64,000 nt of DNA from a virus. The notes under the pieces were generated by a model that did no database searches, was not told the origin of the DNA, and saw only the letters and a program-made list of their open reading frames with translations. Of the stretch, positions 20,237-29,970 are shown piece after piece. Each line of letters opens with the position of its first letter. Position 1 is the first letter of the stretch. Made by a program: the position numbers and the translations under genes. The stretch spans positions 1-64,000 of IMG/VR virus record IMGVR_UViG_3300040801_004532, one strand, 5' to 3'.

Positions 20237-20466
20237 AAGGGGGCGGGGAGATAGACTTCATCGCTTCCGATTTAGAAGATCTCCACAGAATCAAGTGGAT
20301 AGCAATTCATAACCCTCATCGAGGGTTGCCACTTGATCGCTCCCCCGAACTCACAGAAGACGACCGAGTTATTTTAGATTTTGAATGTAAAGTTATCAAT
20401 TGCTGCAAAAAAGGCAAGATACCAGCTCAAATAACCATCGAAGATGCTAAGCTGATACAGGGGTGA
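20233..20466 (+). CDS. hypothetical protein
   Basis: 77-aa ORF in the GC-rich island. Confidence 0.3.
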   Translation: MKGGGEIDFIASDLEDLHRIKWIAIHNPHRGLPLDRSPELTEDDRVILDFECKVINCCKKGKIPAQITIEDAKLIQG

Positions 20467-20469
20467 CAT

Positions 20470-20721
20470 ATGTACTTTGTTTGTCATTATTGGGATAATG
20501 GAAATGATTTTTGGATCTCGCCATGCAGTAAACCAGAAGACGTAATCAACTATATTGAATCGTTTGAGCTTGATCCCAAGGATTACTATATTATAAAGGG
20601 ACGAATGCTAAAAGGAATTGAAAATACTTCTTTTAACCTGGTAACTTTCAAGGAGAATGAATATGCCAAGACTGATGGCGACAACGGAGGATCAGGTAAT
20701 CAAGATACCGGGTCCGGGTAA
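20470..20721 (+). CDS. hypothetical protein
   Basis: 83-aa ORF; overlaps the next ORF. Confidence 0.25.
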   Translation: MYFVCHYWDNGNDFWISPCSKPEDVINYIESFELDPKDYYIIKGRMLKGIENTSFNLVTFKENEYAKTDGDNGGSGNQDTGSG

Positions 20722-21421
20722 CTTCCAATTTTCGGCGATTCGAATCGAGGATCTCGGAGCAACAGAATACACCCTGGCCACCCTGGTGGTTGATATTTCA
20801 GGAAGTGTAACCACATTTGCCGATGAGCTACTCGACTGTATCAAAACAATCATCAAAGCATGTCAAAAGAATCCGCGAGCAGAAAATATGCTGGTTCGCC
20901 TCCTTCTGTTCAATGAAAAAATTTATGAAATACATGGTTTCAAAAATCTATCAGATATTGATGTAAACAACTATGAGGCTCTTCGCCCAGACGGATTTAC
21001 AGCTCTATATGATGCAACTTATGATGCAATCGGCGCAACCCTGGAATACTCCAAACGATTGGTTGACCAGGATTTCGATTGCAATGGCGCCGTTTATATT
21101 GTGACGGATGGTATGAACAACCGGGGTAAGATGACCCCAAGTGCAATCGCCCAAAAGATCGGCGAAGCGGTTCATAACGAAGAGATTGAATCGCTTATTT
21201 CAATCCTTGTTGGGCTGCATGATCCCAATAGTTCATGGGAACAGGAGGTTCGGGAATCCTTGGAGATGTTCCACGAGAAAGCAAACCTCACGGAATTTCT
21301 GGACATCGGCGAAGCAACACCACAAAAGCTGGCCAAGTTGGCCGGTTGGGTAAGCGAAAGCGTCAGCAGCCAAAGCCAGGCACTCGGCAGCGGCGCTCCA
21401 AGCCAAACCCTCCAGTTCTAA
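20657..21421 (+). CDS. vWA-domain protein with a complete MIDAS motif
   Basis: VVDISGSV…TALYDAT…IVTDGMNN. Start uncertain: several in-frame Met codons. Confidence 0.5.
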   Translation: MNMPRLMATTEDQVIKIPGPGNFQFSAIRIEDLGATEYTLATLVVDISGSVTTFADELLDCIKTIIKACQKNPRAENMLVRLLLFNEKIYEIHGFKNLSDIDVNNYEALRPDGFTALYDATYDAIGATLEYSKRLVDQDFDCNGAVYIVTDGMNNRGKMTPSAIAQKIGEAVHNEEIESLISILVGLHDPNSSWEQEVRESLEMFHEKANLTEFLDIGEATPQKLAKLAGWVSESVSSQSQALGSGAPSQTLQF

Positions 21422-21524
21422 TGTTTAGAATAATGAACATTAAATAGGTTAATGATGTATATAATGAACATTAAACCGAAAACGGGGGGAGGCAACTCCC
21501 CCCATAAATCTTAGGGAGTAGAAA

Positions 21525-21905
21525 ATGAAAAAAAGTCAGTTGATTGAAACGATTTATCGAAGCAAATTGACCAAAACGAACAAGTCGACAAAGGTCAAAA
21601 AGGGCGTTATGGTGGCCCAACATACAGATGGATATACAGTCGGGATCGGTTTCTCCATGTGTCACAGGAGAGATCGATTTGATTATCATCCCGGAACAGG
21701 TCAAAGAACCCCCGGATGGGGAAAAACGGTAGCAGCCGAAAGGGCCGAAAAGTGGAAGGATCGACTATCAATTGAAATTCCCCAAAGCATTGAACCGGAA
21801 ATGAAAGACTTTATCGGTCGGTGCCGTCGTTATTTCAAAGACAAGGTACTTCCGCCATGGGCCGAAATCCTGATTAACCAGGAATGTGAAAACCCAAAAG
21901 AATAA
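21525..21905 (+). CDS. hypothetical protein
   Basis: 126-aa ORF, gggag RBS. Confidence 0.4.
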   Translation: MKKSQLIETIYRSKLTKTNKSTKVKKGVMVAQHTDGYTVGIGFSMCHRRDRFDYHPGTGQRTPGWGKTVAAERAEKWKDRLSIEIPQSIEPEMKDFIGRCRRYFKDKVLPPWAEILINQECENPKE

Positions 21906-21915
21906 AGGAGATGTT

Positions 21916-23031
21916 ATGACCCAGCCCAAAATTGTTGCAAAATCGCTCAAGACCATTCTGGAGGATCCGGGGGTTCAATGTATTTTGGACCGGTCCTGCA
22001 ATCTTTCCGACGAACTAATTAACGAGGTTCAAGGCTGGTGGGGGTATGATCTGTTCAATAGAAAACCCAGCCCTGCATATGATGAATACGGGGTTTTCTC
22101 CGGCACCGACCTTGACCTGGCATGCTTCCTTTATTCCCTTTCGGGACGCGGTGCAGTTATCAACATCCCCACATACAAATCCCACACCCAAACCAAACTT
22201 CGGGAAGACCAAATGGTCACCTCCAAGGCAAATCGCCATGGCGAAGTTCTTGGTGTTGGTGCCAACAAAATTTTCTTTTCCTTCAACGTCACCATTATGG
22301 ATCAGAATGTTGTCGGGGAAGAAAAGGTTGGCGATTTTCGGACCTTCTCATTAACCGACAAACTCGGTGACTGGTATGATGGGTGGCAGCGAATCGAGTT
22401 CGTGCCAACCCTCAAAGAAAATCGGTTTATCACCGAAAACAAACTATGGACGGGAAGCAAGATCATTTTCAAAAATTTCATTCATCCGAATCGGTGGACA
22501 TCCATGTTCGGTCGGCATTACGTGATCACGAAAATGCTGATCGACCGCCTGGAGGATGAATGTAAATTCATTCAGGCCGAAATCAAGCGAATCCAGGCAG
22601 CCGGAATTGAATTTCCAGAGGGCGAAGGCCCCATAAAATATTCATATGATTATGGAAAGGGTGTTCAGAAAAAATTCCCGGCGTTTGAAACAATGATCTT
22701 TATTCCAGATACCGAAATCAAGGAAGATTATGATTTCTATCCCACCGACCAGGAAGGATTGGTCAATGCATACAACCGACGGAAGCGACTCCTCTATGGC
22801 GTCATTCCTTCACTTCGATTCATGACCAGGGCCTCAGAATTTGCCCATTACAAACATCCGGATCGTTTTCCGGCATGGATGCGTGGGACAAAATGGGAGG
22901 AAGATTTTACCATCCCCGGGAAACGAATCAAGTGGCAACGGCTGAAACTATTTCAACCCAAGGTCGGAACCCAATCAATATCAATCCTGAAACGATCGTT
23001 CGAAAAATCGGCGACAGTTTCAGGCGATTAA
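21916..23031 (+). CDS. hypothetical protein
   Basis: About 371-aa ORF, aaggag RBS. The ORF track starts at 21886 (GTG). Confidence 0.4.
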   Translation: MTQPKIVAKSLKTILEDPGVQCILDRSCNLSDELINEVQGWWGYDLFNRKPSPAYDEYGVFSGTDLDLACFLYSLSGRGAVINIPTYKSHTQTKLREDQMVTSKANRHGEVLGVGANKIFFSFNVTIMDQNVVGEEKVGDFRTFSLTDKLGDWYDGWQRIEFVPTLKENRFITENKLWTGSKIIFKNFIHPNRWTSMFGRHYVITKMLIDRLEDECKFIQAEIKRIQAAGIEFPEGEGPIKYSYDYGKGVQKKFPAFETMIFIPDTEIKEDYDFYPTDQEGLVNAYNRRKRLLYGVIPSLRFMTRASEFAHYKHPDRFPAWMRGTKWEEDFTIPGKRIKWQRLKLFQPKVGTQSISILKRSFEKSATVSGD

Positions 23032-23109
23032 TTTGATACTCGTAGGGAATGGGGAATATTATATATTCCCCATTCCCATACTAAACAGGCTTTTAAATAG
23101 GAGGTTGAG

Positions 23110-23325
23110 TTGCTTCCAAAAACAAAGATCGTAAACTATCCAATCAAAGTTCCGTTGAGTGATTATTGTTGGAGCCATGAGCCTCCGCATACTATATGCG
23201 AAAATTTTGACAACGAGGGCGGACATGCCAGATGTATTTTGTTTCGTAGAGAAACAATTCACAGAAATGATAAAGGGTATTTAAAACCAGAAATCTGTAA
23301 GAACCTTAAAACTAGTTGGGAATAA
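23110..23325 (+). CDS. hypothetical protein
   Basis: 71-aa ORF. Confidence 0.25.
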   Translation: MLPKTKIVNYPIKVPLSDYCWSHEPPHTICENFDNEGGHARCILFRRETIHRNDKGYLKPEICKNLKTSWE

Positions 23326-23343
23326 TACTACCAGGAAGGGAAA

Positions 23344-23778
23344 ATGATTAAAAATTTTTTCTGTCTGACTTTAATAATTGCGTCATTATTCATTTTTTCA
23401 TGTGGTCCAACAATTGACGTTAGAATACCTATAAAAGTAGAAAAGCTTCATATAGATTTTGAAGAAGAAACTGTCCATTTAAAATATCATATAAAGAAAA
23501 CTATATTTATTGATAGCGTTGATAATCTAGAAGAAAAACAAATGATTATATTGGAACGTGCAAAAACCGATTTAATTAATGCTGATTTTTCAGTGGTAAT
23601 AATAAGCGTTCCAGGCGGATCTACAGATATAACCTATTTCTGTGGTCCAGTTAAAATTGGTTTCTCAAATCTAGCAATATCAAGAGCCCTAGCATTGAAA
23701 TTATTTTCTCCATCAAAAGATGACCCATCAAAACCAATTATGTCAAATGAATTATCAACCCCAAAAAAACCACTTTGA
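23344..23778 (+). CDS. putative lipoprotein
   Basis: Signal peptide with lipobox-like FIFSCG. Confidence 0.4.
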   Translation: MIKNFFCLTLIIASLFIFSCGPTIDVRIPIKVEKLHIDFEEETVHLKYHIKKTIFIDSVDNLEEKQMIILERAKTDLINADFSVVIISVPGGSTDITYFCGPVKIGFSNLAISRALALKLFSPSKDDPSKPIMSNELSTPKKPL

Positions 23779-23787
23779 GGAATTTAA

Positions 23788-24603
23788 ATGATTGAAATAG
23801 ATACCTTTCTTGAAATAGGAAGTCAACATCGAATGTGTGAGGATTATATCATTCAGGGAAACGATCCCACGCAATATATAATTTTGGCTGATGGTTGTAG
23901 TTCAGCCAACAATACAGAGATGGGCGCAAGAATTTTATGCCATCTTGCAAAACAATATCTTAAATACCGGGGCGAAGATAATCTATATTCTATTGGTTAT
24001 TCAGACCTTGGTAACTGGGTTATCTATAATGCAGAATTAATTGCAAGGCAGATGGGGTTATCATTATCTTCTTTAACTTCAACCTTGATTGTTTCATTTA
24101 TAAGAGATGGAATGGTTAAGGTTTTTATGTACGGAGATGGTTGTATTATAACAACATCCCCCAACCATGATAGTATAGAGATCACTAGAGTTGACTTTGA
24201 GGGGAATGCTCCATATTATTTGGTTTATCGGGTAGATAAAGAAAGAGGACAAATCTATCACGAAAATTGCCCAGAAAAAATTACATCTATAAATTTCTCA
24301 ACCAAAACAGATTTACCATATACCAATCGTTGTGCTTACGATTATCCCAGCGAATTTACATATTTAATGTCCACACATCCATTGATCATGATCGCATCAG
24401 ATGGGCTGTTTTCATTTTTGATGGGTAATGGTTCATCTGATTTAATAGACCCGATGGACCTTTTAAAAGGCGGATTTATTTCTTTTAAAAATACAAAAGG
24501 TTCTTTCCTCCAAAGAAGACTTAACAAATATATGAAACATCTATCAAAAGATGGAATCGCCCATTTTGATGATTTATCAGTAGGAGCATATTTAAAAAAG
24601 TAG
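23788..24603 (+). CDS. PP2C-like Ser/Thr phosphatase (divergent)
   Basis: ILADGCSS…G (DGxGG-like), STLIVSF…YGDGCII, IASDGLFSFL (SDGL motif). Confidence 0.4.
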   Translation: MIEIDTFLEIGSQHRMCEDYIIQGNDPTQYIILADGCSSANNTEMGARILCHLAKQYLKYRGEDNLYSIGYSDLGNWVIYNAELIARQMGLSLSSLTSTLIVSFIRDGMVKVFMYGDGCIITTSPNHDSIEITRVDFEGNAPYYLVYRVDKERGQIYHENCPEKITSINFSTKTDLPYTNRCAYDYPSEFTYLMSTHPLIMIASDGLFSFLMGNGSSDLIDPMDLLKGGFISFKNTKGSFLQRRLNKYMKHLSKDGIAHFDDLSVGAYLKK

Positions 24604-24612
24604 GAGGGAGAA

Positions 24613-24921
24613 ATGACCGCCATTGATATAACACCTATAGCTGCTGACGTGCCAAAACTTCAAAAGAATTGGCCGACCTTTAAAGCAGTTAATGATTGTG
24701 ATCGAGATAAGATTGAACTGGATATGGAAGTAAGTATAAGAGTTAAAGGAGAAACTATAAGAGTTAAAATAGAAGCTATGAATGATTCCTTATTAATAGG
24801 AAAGGTTTTAACAAAAAAGTTTTATTTTGTTCAACCATTTATAGAAGGTGATATGATCCAATTTGAAAAGAAAAACGTCATAGATATTTTTGACATAAAC
24901 AGAACAGGAGTACTTTACTAA
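24613..24921 (+). CDS. hypothetical protein
   Basis: 102-aa ORF. Confidence 0.3.
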   Translation: MTAIDITPIAADVPKLQKNWPTFKAVNDCDRDKIELDMEVSIRVKGETIRVKIEAMNDSLLIGKVLTKKFYFVQPFIEGDMIQFEKKNVIDIFDINRTGVLY

Positions 24922-25109
24922 TGCCCTATTATCATTGTAGAAAATGTCACCACGAATTTGAACGTATTCCATATGAAAAAGAAAATGTTATTTGTGATTG
25001 GTGTGGCGCCGACCGGCCAATGATATTAGAAGAAAAAACTCCGCTTGAAAAAATGGCTGAGAATGCTGATAAATTACTAGATAAATTGATCAAAGAAGGG
25101 AAAAAATAA
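24921..25109 (+). CDS. small zinc-ribbon protein
   Basis: CRKCHH…CDWCG. Confidence 0.3.
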   Translation: MPYYHCRKCHHEFERIPYEKENVICDWCGADRPMILEEKTPLEKMAENADKLLDKLIKEGKK

Positions 25110-26797
25110 TGGAAATATTTGTGGGGGGTAAAAAGGTTACCTTAACACAAAAGAACTTCGTCGCAAAAGGAGGCGAAGGGCAAATATTTCATCGTAGTAA
25201 TGTTGCATATAAAATATATGAAGACCTTACAAAGATGATTCCGCCCGCAAAGATCGGCGAATTGAATCTCCTGGATGACCCATGTATTGTTAGACCCAAG
25301 GATCTTATTATGAATAATAAAAAGCAGCCAGTGGGTTTTACAATGGACTGGGTAGGGGACTCAAATCATCCATTATGTAAATTATTTACAACAAAATTTC
25401 AGCGGGATAATGGAATTATAATTGATCAAATTATAGCTTTAGTTGAAAAGATAAAAGAAGTAACAAATTTCATTCATAACCATAATTGCCTTATAGTAGA
25501 TGGTAATGAACTAAACTATTTAGTCAAGGGAGATTTTGTAACTCCCTTGTTTATTGATGTCAATTCATGGCAAACTCCATCATATCAAGCAACAGCAATA
25601 ATGCCTTCAATTAGAGATTGGTCAACTGATACATTTACACAATTGACTGACTGGTTTTCATTTGCTGTTGTTTCATTTCAACTTTTCGTTGGAATACATC
25701 CATATAAGGGCAAACATCCAAAGTATAGAAAAAATGATTTTGCAAGTCGAGTTAGAGATGGTATCTCAGTATTTAATCCCCAAGTAAACTTGCCTCCAAC
25801 TACAAGGGACTTTTCTTTGATCCCATCTTCATATAAAGATTGGTTTTATCAAATGTTCGAAAACAAAGATAGAAAACCGCCGCCAACTCTACCAGGAGAG
25901 GCAGGAGTTATACAAGTTACAATACAGGTCATTACAAGCACTGATGCTTTTGAGGTAACTCTTATTAAGGATTATGGTGAAGAAATTTTATTTCATAATC
26001 CAGAGTTTGATATAACAAAAACAAAATCAAAAATCTTTATAGGCAAAACCGATTACCGGGTTTCGAAGGGAGTTGAAATATTATTTGTATCGCCACAACA
26101 AATCCCCATACTTGTAAAAATACAAGATGGTATGGCCCAATTTAAATGCCTTCAAGCTGGTTATGTAATGAAGGGAAATAATATTGCCTGTACTGAAATG
26201 ATGATTGTTAATAATACGTTGTATCTAAAAAATGGAATGAAACTGATTGAAATGGACTTTAAAGAAATGTCCCAAAATATCATTCCAATGCCCAAAACAA
26301 CGTGGACAGTCGAACCTCTTTCAAGTCAAATACTAAGCAATGTTATTTATCAAAGTGTCCTTGGAAAAGCCTTCCTCTGTATACCGGAACCTTTGAGCGG
26401 AAAAAGTAGGTTCCATAACATTCGTATCCCCGAGATAGATTCTCATCGAGTAATTGAGGCAAAATATGAAAATCAGGTTTGTTGTCTTATTACTCACACA
26501 GGGAAAGAATATGAACGTGTTATCATTGTATTTGATAAATCTTTTCAGAAATATACATTGCGAATTATTCAGGGGATTGACTACATTCCATTGAACTTTA
26601 CAGTTCTTGATAATGGCGTATGTGTTATGATCCCCGAAGATAATGTTGTTGAGTTATTTCTGAATCGAATGGATAAACAAGAGGTGAAACGGATTGAAGA
26701 TCCACAAATTGATAGTTCCATGAGGGTATTAAAAGATGGAACAAGAATCAAATTCTTCAAAGATAATAGCTTATATACAATGAAGATGAAAAAATAG
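25109..26797 (+). CDS. Atypical protein-kinase-like protein
   Basis: Gly-loop VAKGGEGQIF, Lys motif AYKIY, catalytic-like LIVDGNELNYLV, IDVNSW (DFG-like). About 290-aa C-terminal extension. Confidence 0.35.
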   Translation: MEIFVGGKKVTLTQKNFVAKGGEGQIFHRSNVAYKIYEDLTKMIPPAKIGELNLLDDPCIVRPKDLIMNNKKQPVGFTMDWVGDSNHPLCKLFTTKFQRDNGIIIDQIIALVEKIKEVTNFIHNHNCLIVDGNELNYLVKGDFVTPLFIDVNSWQTPSYQATAIMPSIRDWSTDTFTQLTDWFSFAVVSFQLFVGIHPYKGKHPKYRKNDFASRVRDGISVFNPQVNLPPTTRDFSLIPSSYKDWFYQMFENKDRKPPPTLPGEAGVIQVTIQVITSTDAFEVTLIKDYGEEILFHNPEFDITKTKSKIFIGKTDYRVSKGVEILFVSPQQIPILVKIQDGMAQFKCLQAGYVMKGNNIACTEMMIVNNTLYLKNGMKLIEMDFKEMSQNIIPMPKTTWTVEPLSSQILSNVIYQSVLGKAFLCIPEPLSGKSRFHNIRIPEIDSHRVIEAKYENQVCCLITHTGKEYERVIIVFDKSFQKYTLRIIQGIDYIPLNFTVLDNGVCVMIPEDNVVELFLNRMDKQEVKRIEDPQIDSSMRVLKDGTRIKFFKDNSLYTMKMKK

Positions 26798-27035
26798 GGG
26801 GATCTATGAATGAGGTAACATTAGTAATTTTAGTATTAATAATGATAATAGATTTTACGTTATACTATATAACAAGAAAGATTGATCCAACCCTCAAACC
26901 ATTTTCCTTTCGTTTTTTCGGGTCTGGAATTTACGCCTTTATATCATACCTAAAACGAATTAAAAAGCAATAGCACTATATATATAAATATTTGAAGAAG
27001 GATAATTTTTATCTTCAAACGAAAGGAGGAGATAG

Positions 27036-27485
27036 TTGGAAATCAAAGGATTGAAGGCGACCCAGAAAGAACTAACTTTTATGAAAGGGGGTGAAAGAGT
27101 GAAAAGAGAAGTAAGGTACAGGGGAATCAGCAACGCAGTTCGTCGGGCAATCGCCAGAAGTGAAATAAGCGGCGAAATCAAAATCCAGGATGTACGGGCA
27201 AAACTCGATGCCAGCAAATGCAGCGCCCCGGAAAAAGTGATCGAAAAATCTCTGTCGTATCTCGCCAACAACGGCGAAATCATTGCCGGGAAAAATGGTC
27301 GATTCTTTACCAAGGACAGTTTGAAGTCAGAGTCGACACCGTCTGCTGTCAATAAGGAATCCCGTTCGGGGATGCTTTTGGGAGCAGGAGATTCGGCCCT
27401 GGTGTCCGGCAAGATCACCTCCATGAGCTATGAAGAGGGGAAGGTGATCGCCACGGTTGAGGTTAAGTCGCTGGATTTGGCTTAA
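27036..27485 (+). CDS. hypothetical protein (GC-rich; TTG start with a strong RBS)
   Basis: aaggagga 7 nt upstream of the TTG start. Confidence 0.35.
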   Translation: MEIKGLKATQKELTFMKGGERVKREVRYRGISNAVRRAIARSEISGEIKIQDVRAKLDASKCSAPEKVIEKSLSYLANNGEIIAGKNGRFFTKDSLKSESTPSAVNKESRSGMLLGAGDSALVSGKITSMSYEEGKVIATVEVKSLDLA

Positions 27486-27513
27486 CTCAACCAAACTAAG
27501 AGATTGAGAAAAG

Positions 27514-27549
27514 AAATGCTCGGGAATCCCCCCGGGCATTTTTTTTGGA
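27514..27549 (+). terminator. Rho-independent terminator
   Basis: atgctcggg…cccgggcat stem followed by T8. Confidence 0.5.
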
Positions 27550-27560
27550 AGGAAAATGAA

Positions 27561-27899
27561 ATGAAGAAAAAATCTTATAAGGAAATGAATTTTGTTTGGG
27601 TTTCCAGTCATTGGGATATCCATTTGAAGGGACTATGTATTGAAGAAGGAAAACTACAGAGGTTCAAAACAGATTATGATACAGAGCTATGTACAATTTA
27701 TCCATTGACCACAAAAGAAAAATTTATATGGTTATTTAAGAAAAAAATGTTTGAATGGTGCGTTGGATACCATTGGACTTATCCTCATAGAAAAACTGGC
27801 AATTTATATCATAGAAGAAAACCAGTTTGGATTCATAAAGGTCTTGTGTGGTTATATTACACAATAACCCTCAAGGAGATACAACGATGGATTCCATAA
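27561..27899 (+). CDS. hypothetical protein
   Basis: Start at MKKKSYKEM. The ORF track starts at 27504, inside the terminator. Confidence 0.3.
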   Translation: MKKKSYKEMNFVWVSSHWDIHLKGLCIEEGKLQRFKTDYDTELCTIYPLTTKEKFIWLFKKKMFEWCVGYHWTYPHRKTGNLYHRRKPVWIHKGLVWLYYTITLKEIQRWIP

Positions 27900-28171
27900 A
27901 AAAATGTCCATGTGAGGATTGTTTGTTACGACCTCGATGTAAAGAAAGATTGATAGCCACATCAAAAAATGATAACTATAAGTATTTGATTATGGAACGA
28001 GCATCATCATGTCCATATATAATAGAATATTTTGGGTATAAGAATTATCTTGATAGGCACGGAGAAAAACTTTTAGATTTTTCATATGATAAAATTTACA
28101 GAATGTGTGATTTATTTGGGATAGATAACCATTACTTTGTTTGGCAAGCAGGTTGGGAATTTACCATTTAA
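27887..28171 (+). CDS. hypothetical Cys-rich protein
   Basis: aaggagata RBS. CPCEDCLLRPRC. Confidence 0.35.
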   Translation: MDSIKKCPCEDCLLRPRCKERLIATSKNDNYKYLIMERASSCPYIIEYFGYKNYLDRHGEKLLDFSYDKIYRMCDLFGIDNHYFVWQAGWEFTI

Positions 28172-28229
28172 CTATATATATAAATTAATGAAAAGAAGTT
28201 ATTTAATTAATCTTTAAAAGGAGAATGTT

Positions 28230-28571
28230 ATGCTTTACTGTGACGGTTGTGCAAAGGCAAATGGGCATGAAATTACCAGCCAAAAACAGAAAGGTGAATG
28301 TGAATTGTGTCGCCGGCGTCTTGGAACCATGAATGTCATGCCAGACAATGTGGTTGATAGCCACATCAACAACGTCAAAAAGGAAGATTTCTCAGCGGCT
28401 GGGATCAAGGTTAAGCAGGTCCCCGGATTTGTTCCGGGAACAAATCTGGATGCAATTGAGCCGGGTGCACCCCACAGATTCCTCAGCGAAACCAAGGTAC
28501 TGTTTCATCAATCAAACCGGTTAATCATCGCGGATATGGAGTCCGGAAAAAGAGTTGAAATTAATTTCTAA
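28230..28571 (+). CDS. hypothetical protein
   Basis: 113-aa ORF, ggag RBS. Confidence 0.35.
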   Translation: MLYCDGCAKANGHEITSQKQKGECELCRRRLGTMNVMPDNVVDSHINNVKKEDFSAAGIKVKQVPGFVPGTNLDAIEPGAPHRFLSETKVLFHQSNRLIIADMESGKRVEINF

Positions 28572-28582
28572 TCTACTGACGA

Positions 28583-28624
28583 AAAAAGACCCGAGCCTGA
28601 TTTCTCAAGCCCGGGTCTTTTTTT
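28583..28624. terminator. Bidirectional hairpin terminator between convergent genes
   Basis: agacccgagc…gcccgggtct stem flanked by A-run and T-run. Confidence 0.5.
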
Positions 28625-28645
28625 TGGAAGGTAGTTTAATTTATC

Positions 28646-28996
28646 CTAGTTTTTTATTGATATTGATTCGTTCACTGGGTTTTGGTTTGTATTGGCTACT
28701 ACTTTATTAAAGGTTTTTCCTTCATCATTCATAATATATGCAACTGTATCAAATGCAATAGTATATTCGCTTCCGTTTTCCAATCTACAAACCAGCCTCT
28801 TATAACGAACACAACTTGAGCACCCTTCTTTTTCTGTTTGGCAAGTACATGCACTATTAATATCAAACAAAATAGCGTCAGTATATGCCTCACAGTCCGG
28901 TCGCCTTAAAAGATCAGTTGAAATACTAACCTTTCTAATACTATCCAACAACCACATTTCCTGGTTGTCTTTATACCGTTGGATTCCTATAATCAT
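28646..28996 (-). CDS. hypothetical protein
   Basis: 116-aa ORF. Confidence 0.35.
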   Translation of the reverse strand: MIIGIQRYKDNQEMWLLDSIRKVSISTDLLRRPDCEAYTDAILFDINSACTCQTEKEGCSSCVRYKRLVCRLENGSEYTIAFDTVAYIMNDEGKTFNKVVANTNQNPVNESISIKN

Positions 28997-29060
28997 GATT
29001 TTTTTCTCCTCTCTAATGTCTAATGTTTTAATGTCTTATGTCTTATGTCTACCTTCCTGT

Positions 29061-29876
29061 TTATTTGTTCTGAGAATTGGGAATGGGATCTATATTAAGA
29101 GGCAATGAATCCACAAATCGGAATACTTTCCACCCTAGTTTTCCAAGGATCGAATCTCTAATTGCATCTTTCTCGGGGTCGTGCCAGTAGGAACCGTCAT
29201 ATTCAAATGCAAGTTTTTCCTCTGGCACGGCCACATCTATACAGAAATCACCCAAAGGATATTCAAGAATTGCTGTCGGATATTTTTCTTTTACCATTTC
29301 ATAGAGTTGTAATTGGGGGGTTGAGATGCGGGGGGCGGCTAACCAACCTTTCTGACCATTAATAATTTGTTGCTTCCTTCTTTTTTTGGCTTTATCTTTT
29401 CCCATTATTTCTTCATAGGTTTTTCCTTTTAGTAAAGAAGGTCGCCCTTTTAAAGCATCTGAAACTTTTTTGGATATTTCTGGATCTTTTAATGGATTTA
29501 ATTCACCCAAAAAAAATTTTTTCCCATGATCAGTTTTCATAATATTTTTTTTACCAAATTTTCTTTTTGTAGTCTTTTCTGACTTTCCTAAAAGTTCTTC
29601 ACTAGAATATCCTATACCTCCATAGAGTTGGTTACATGTTTCTATAATTTGTGTTTCACATTTTTTCCTTCGTTTACTTCTTTTTTCAGAATCTTTTTTT
29701 GTCATTGTAGGAAGGTTGGGAAATTCTTCTCTAACATCACGAATTGTTTTTTTATGGAGTTTTAAGTGTTGCCAATGCAAAAATTGCATTTCTTTTCCGC
29801 AATAGGGACATACTACATATTTAACATCTACTACTAGGTGTATCCTATTTCTTTCTTTTCTTGTTAGCCGTTTCAT
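29061..29876 (-). CDS. Zinc-finger plus DUF559/Vsr-like endonuclease-domain protein (homing-endonuclease-like)
   Basis: CPYCGKEM…H..H.KLH at the N-terminus. The C-terminus (GDFCIDVAVPEEKLAFEYDGSYWH…GWKVFRF) matches the DUF559 PD-(D/E)xK signature. Paralogue of 14803..15444. Confidence 0.5.
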   Translation of the reverse strand: MKRLTRKERNRIHLVVDVKYVVCPYCGKEMQFLHWQHLKLHKKTIRDVREEFPNLPTMTKKDSEKRSKRRKKCETQIIETCNQLYGGIGYSSEELLGKSEKTTKRKFGKKNIMKTDHGKKFFLGELNPLKDPEISKKVSDALKGRPSLLKGKTYEEIMGKDKAKKRRKQQIINGQKGWLAAPRISTPQLQLYEMVKEKYPTAILEYPLGDFCIDVAVPEEKLAFEYDGSYWHDPEKDAIRDSILGKLGWKVFRFVDSLPLNIDPIPNSQNK

Positions 29877-29892
29877 ATTAATTTGTTCTGAA

Positions 29893-29938
29893 CCGACGAA
29901 AAAAAGACCCAGAAGAGATTTCTCCCTTCTGGGTCTTT
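29893..29938 (-). terminator. Terminator downstream of the capsid-like gene
   Basis: agacccagaag…cttctgggtct 11-bp stem. T-run on the minus strand. Confidence 0.5.
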
Positions 29939-29970
29939 TAAAGTTAGGCTAATGTACCATACCCTATTGA

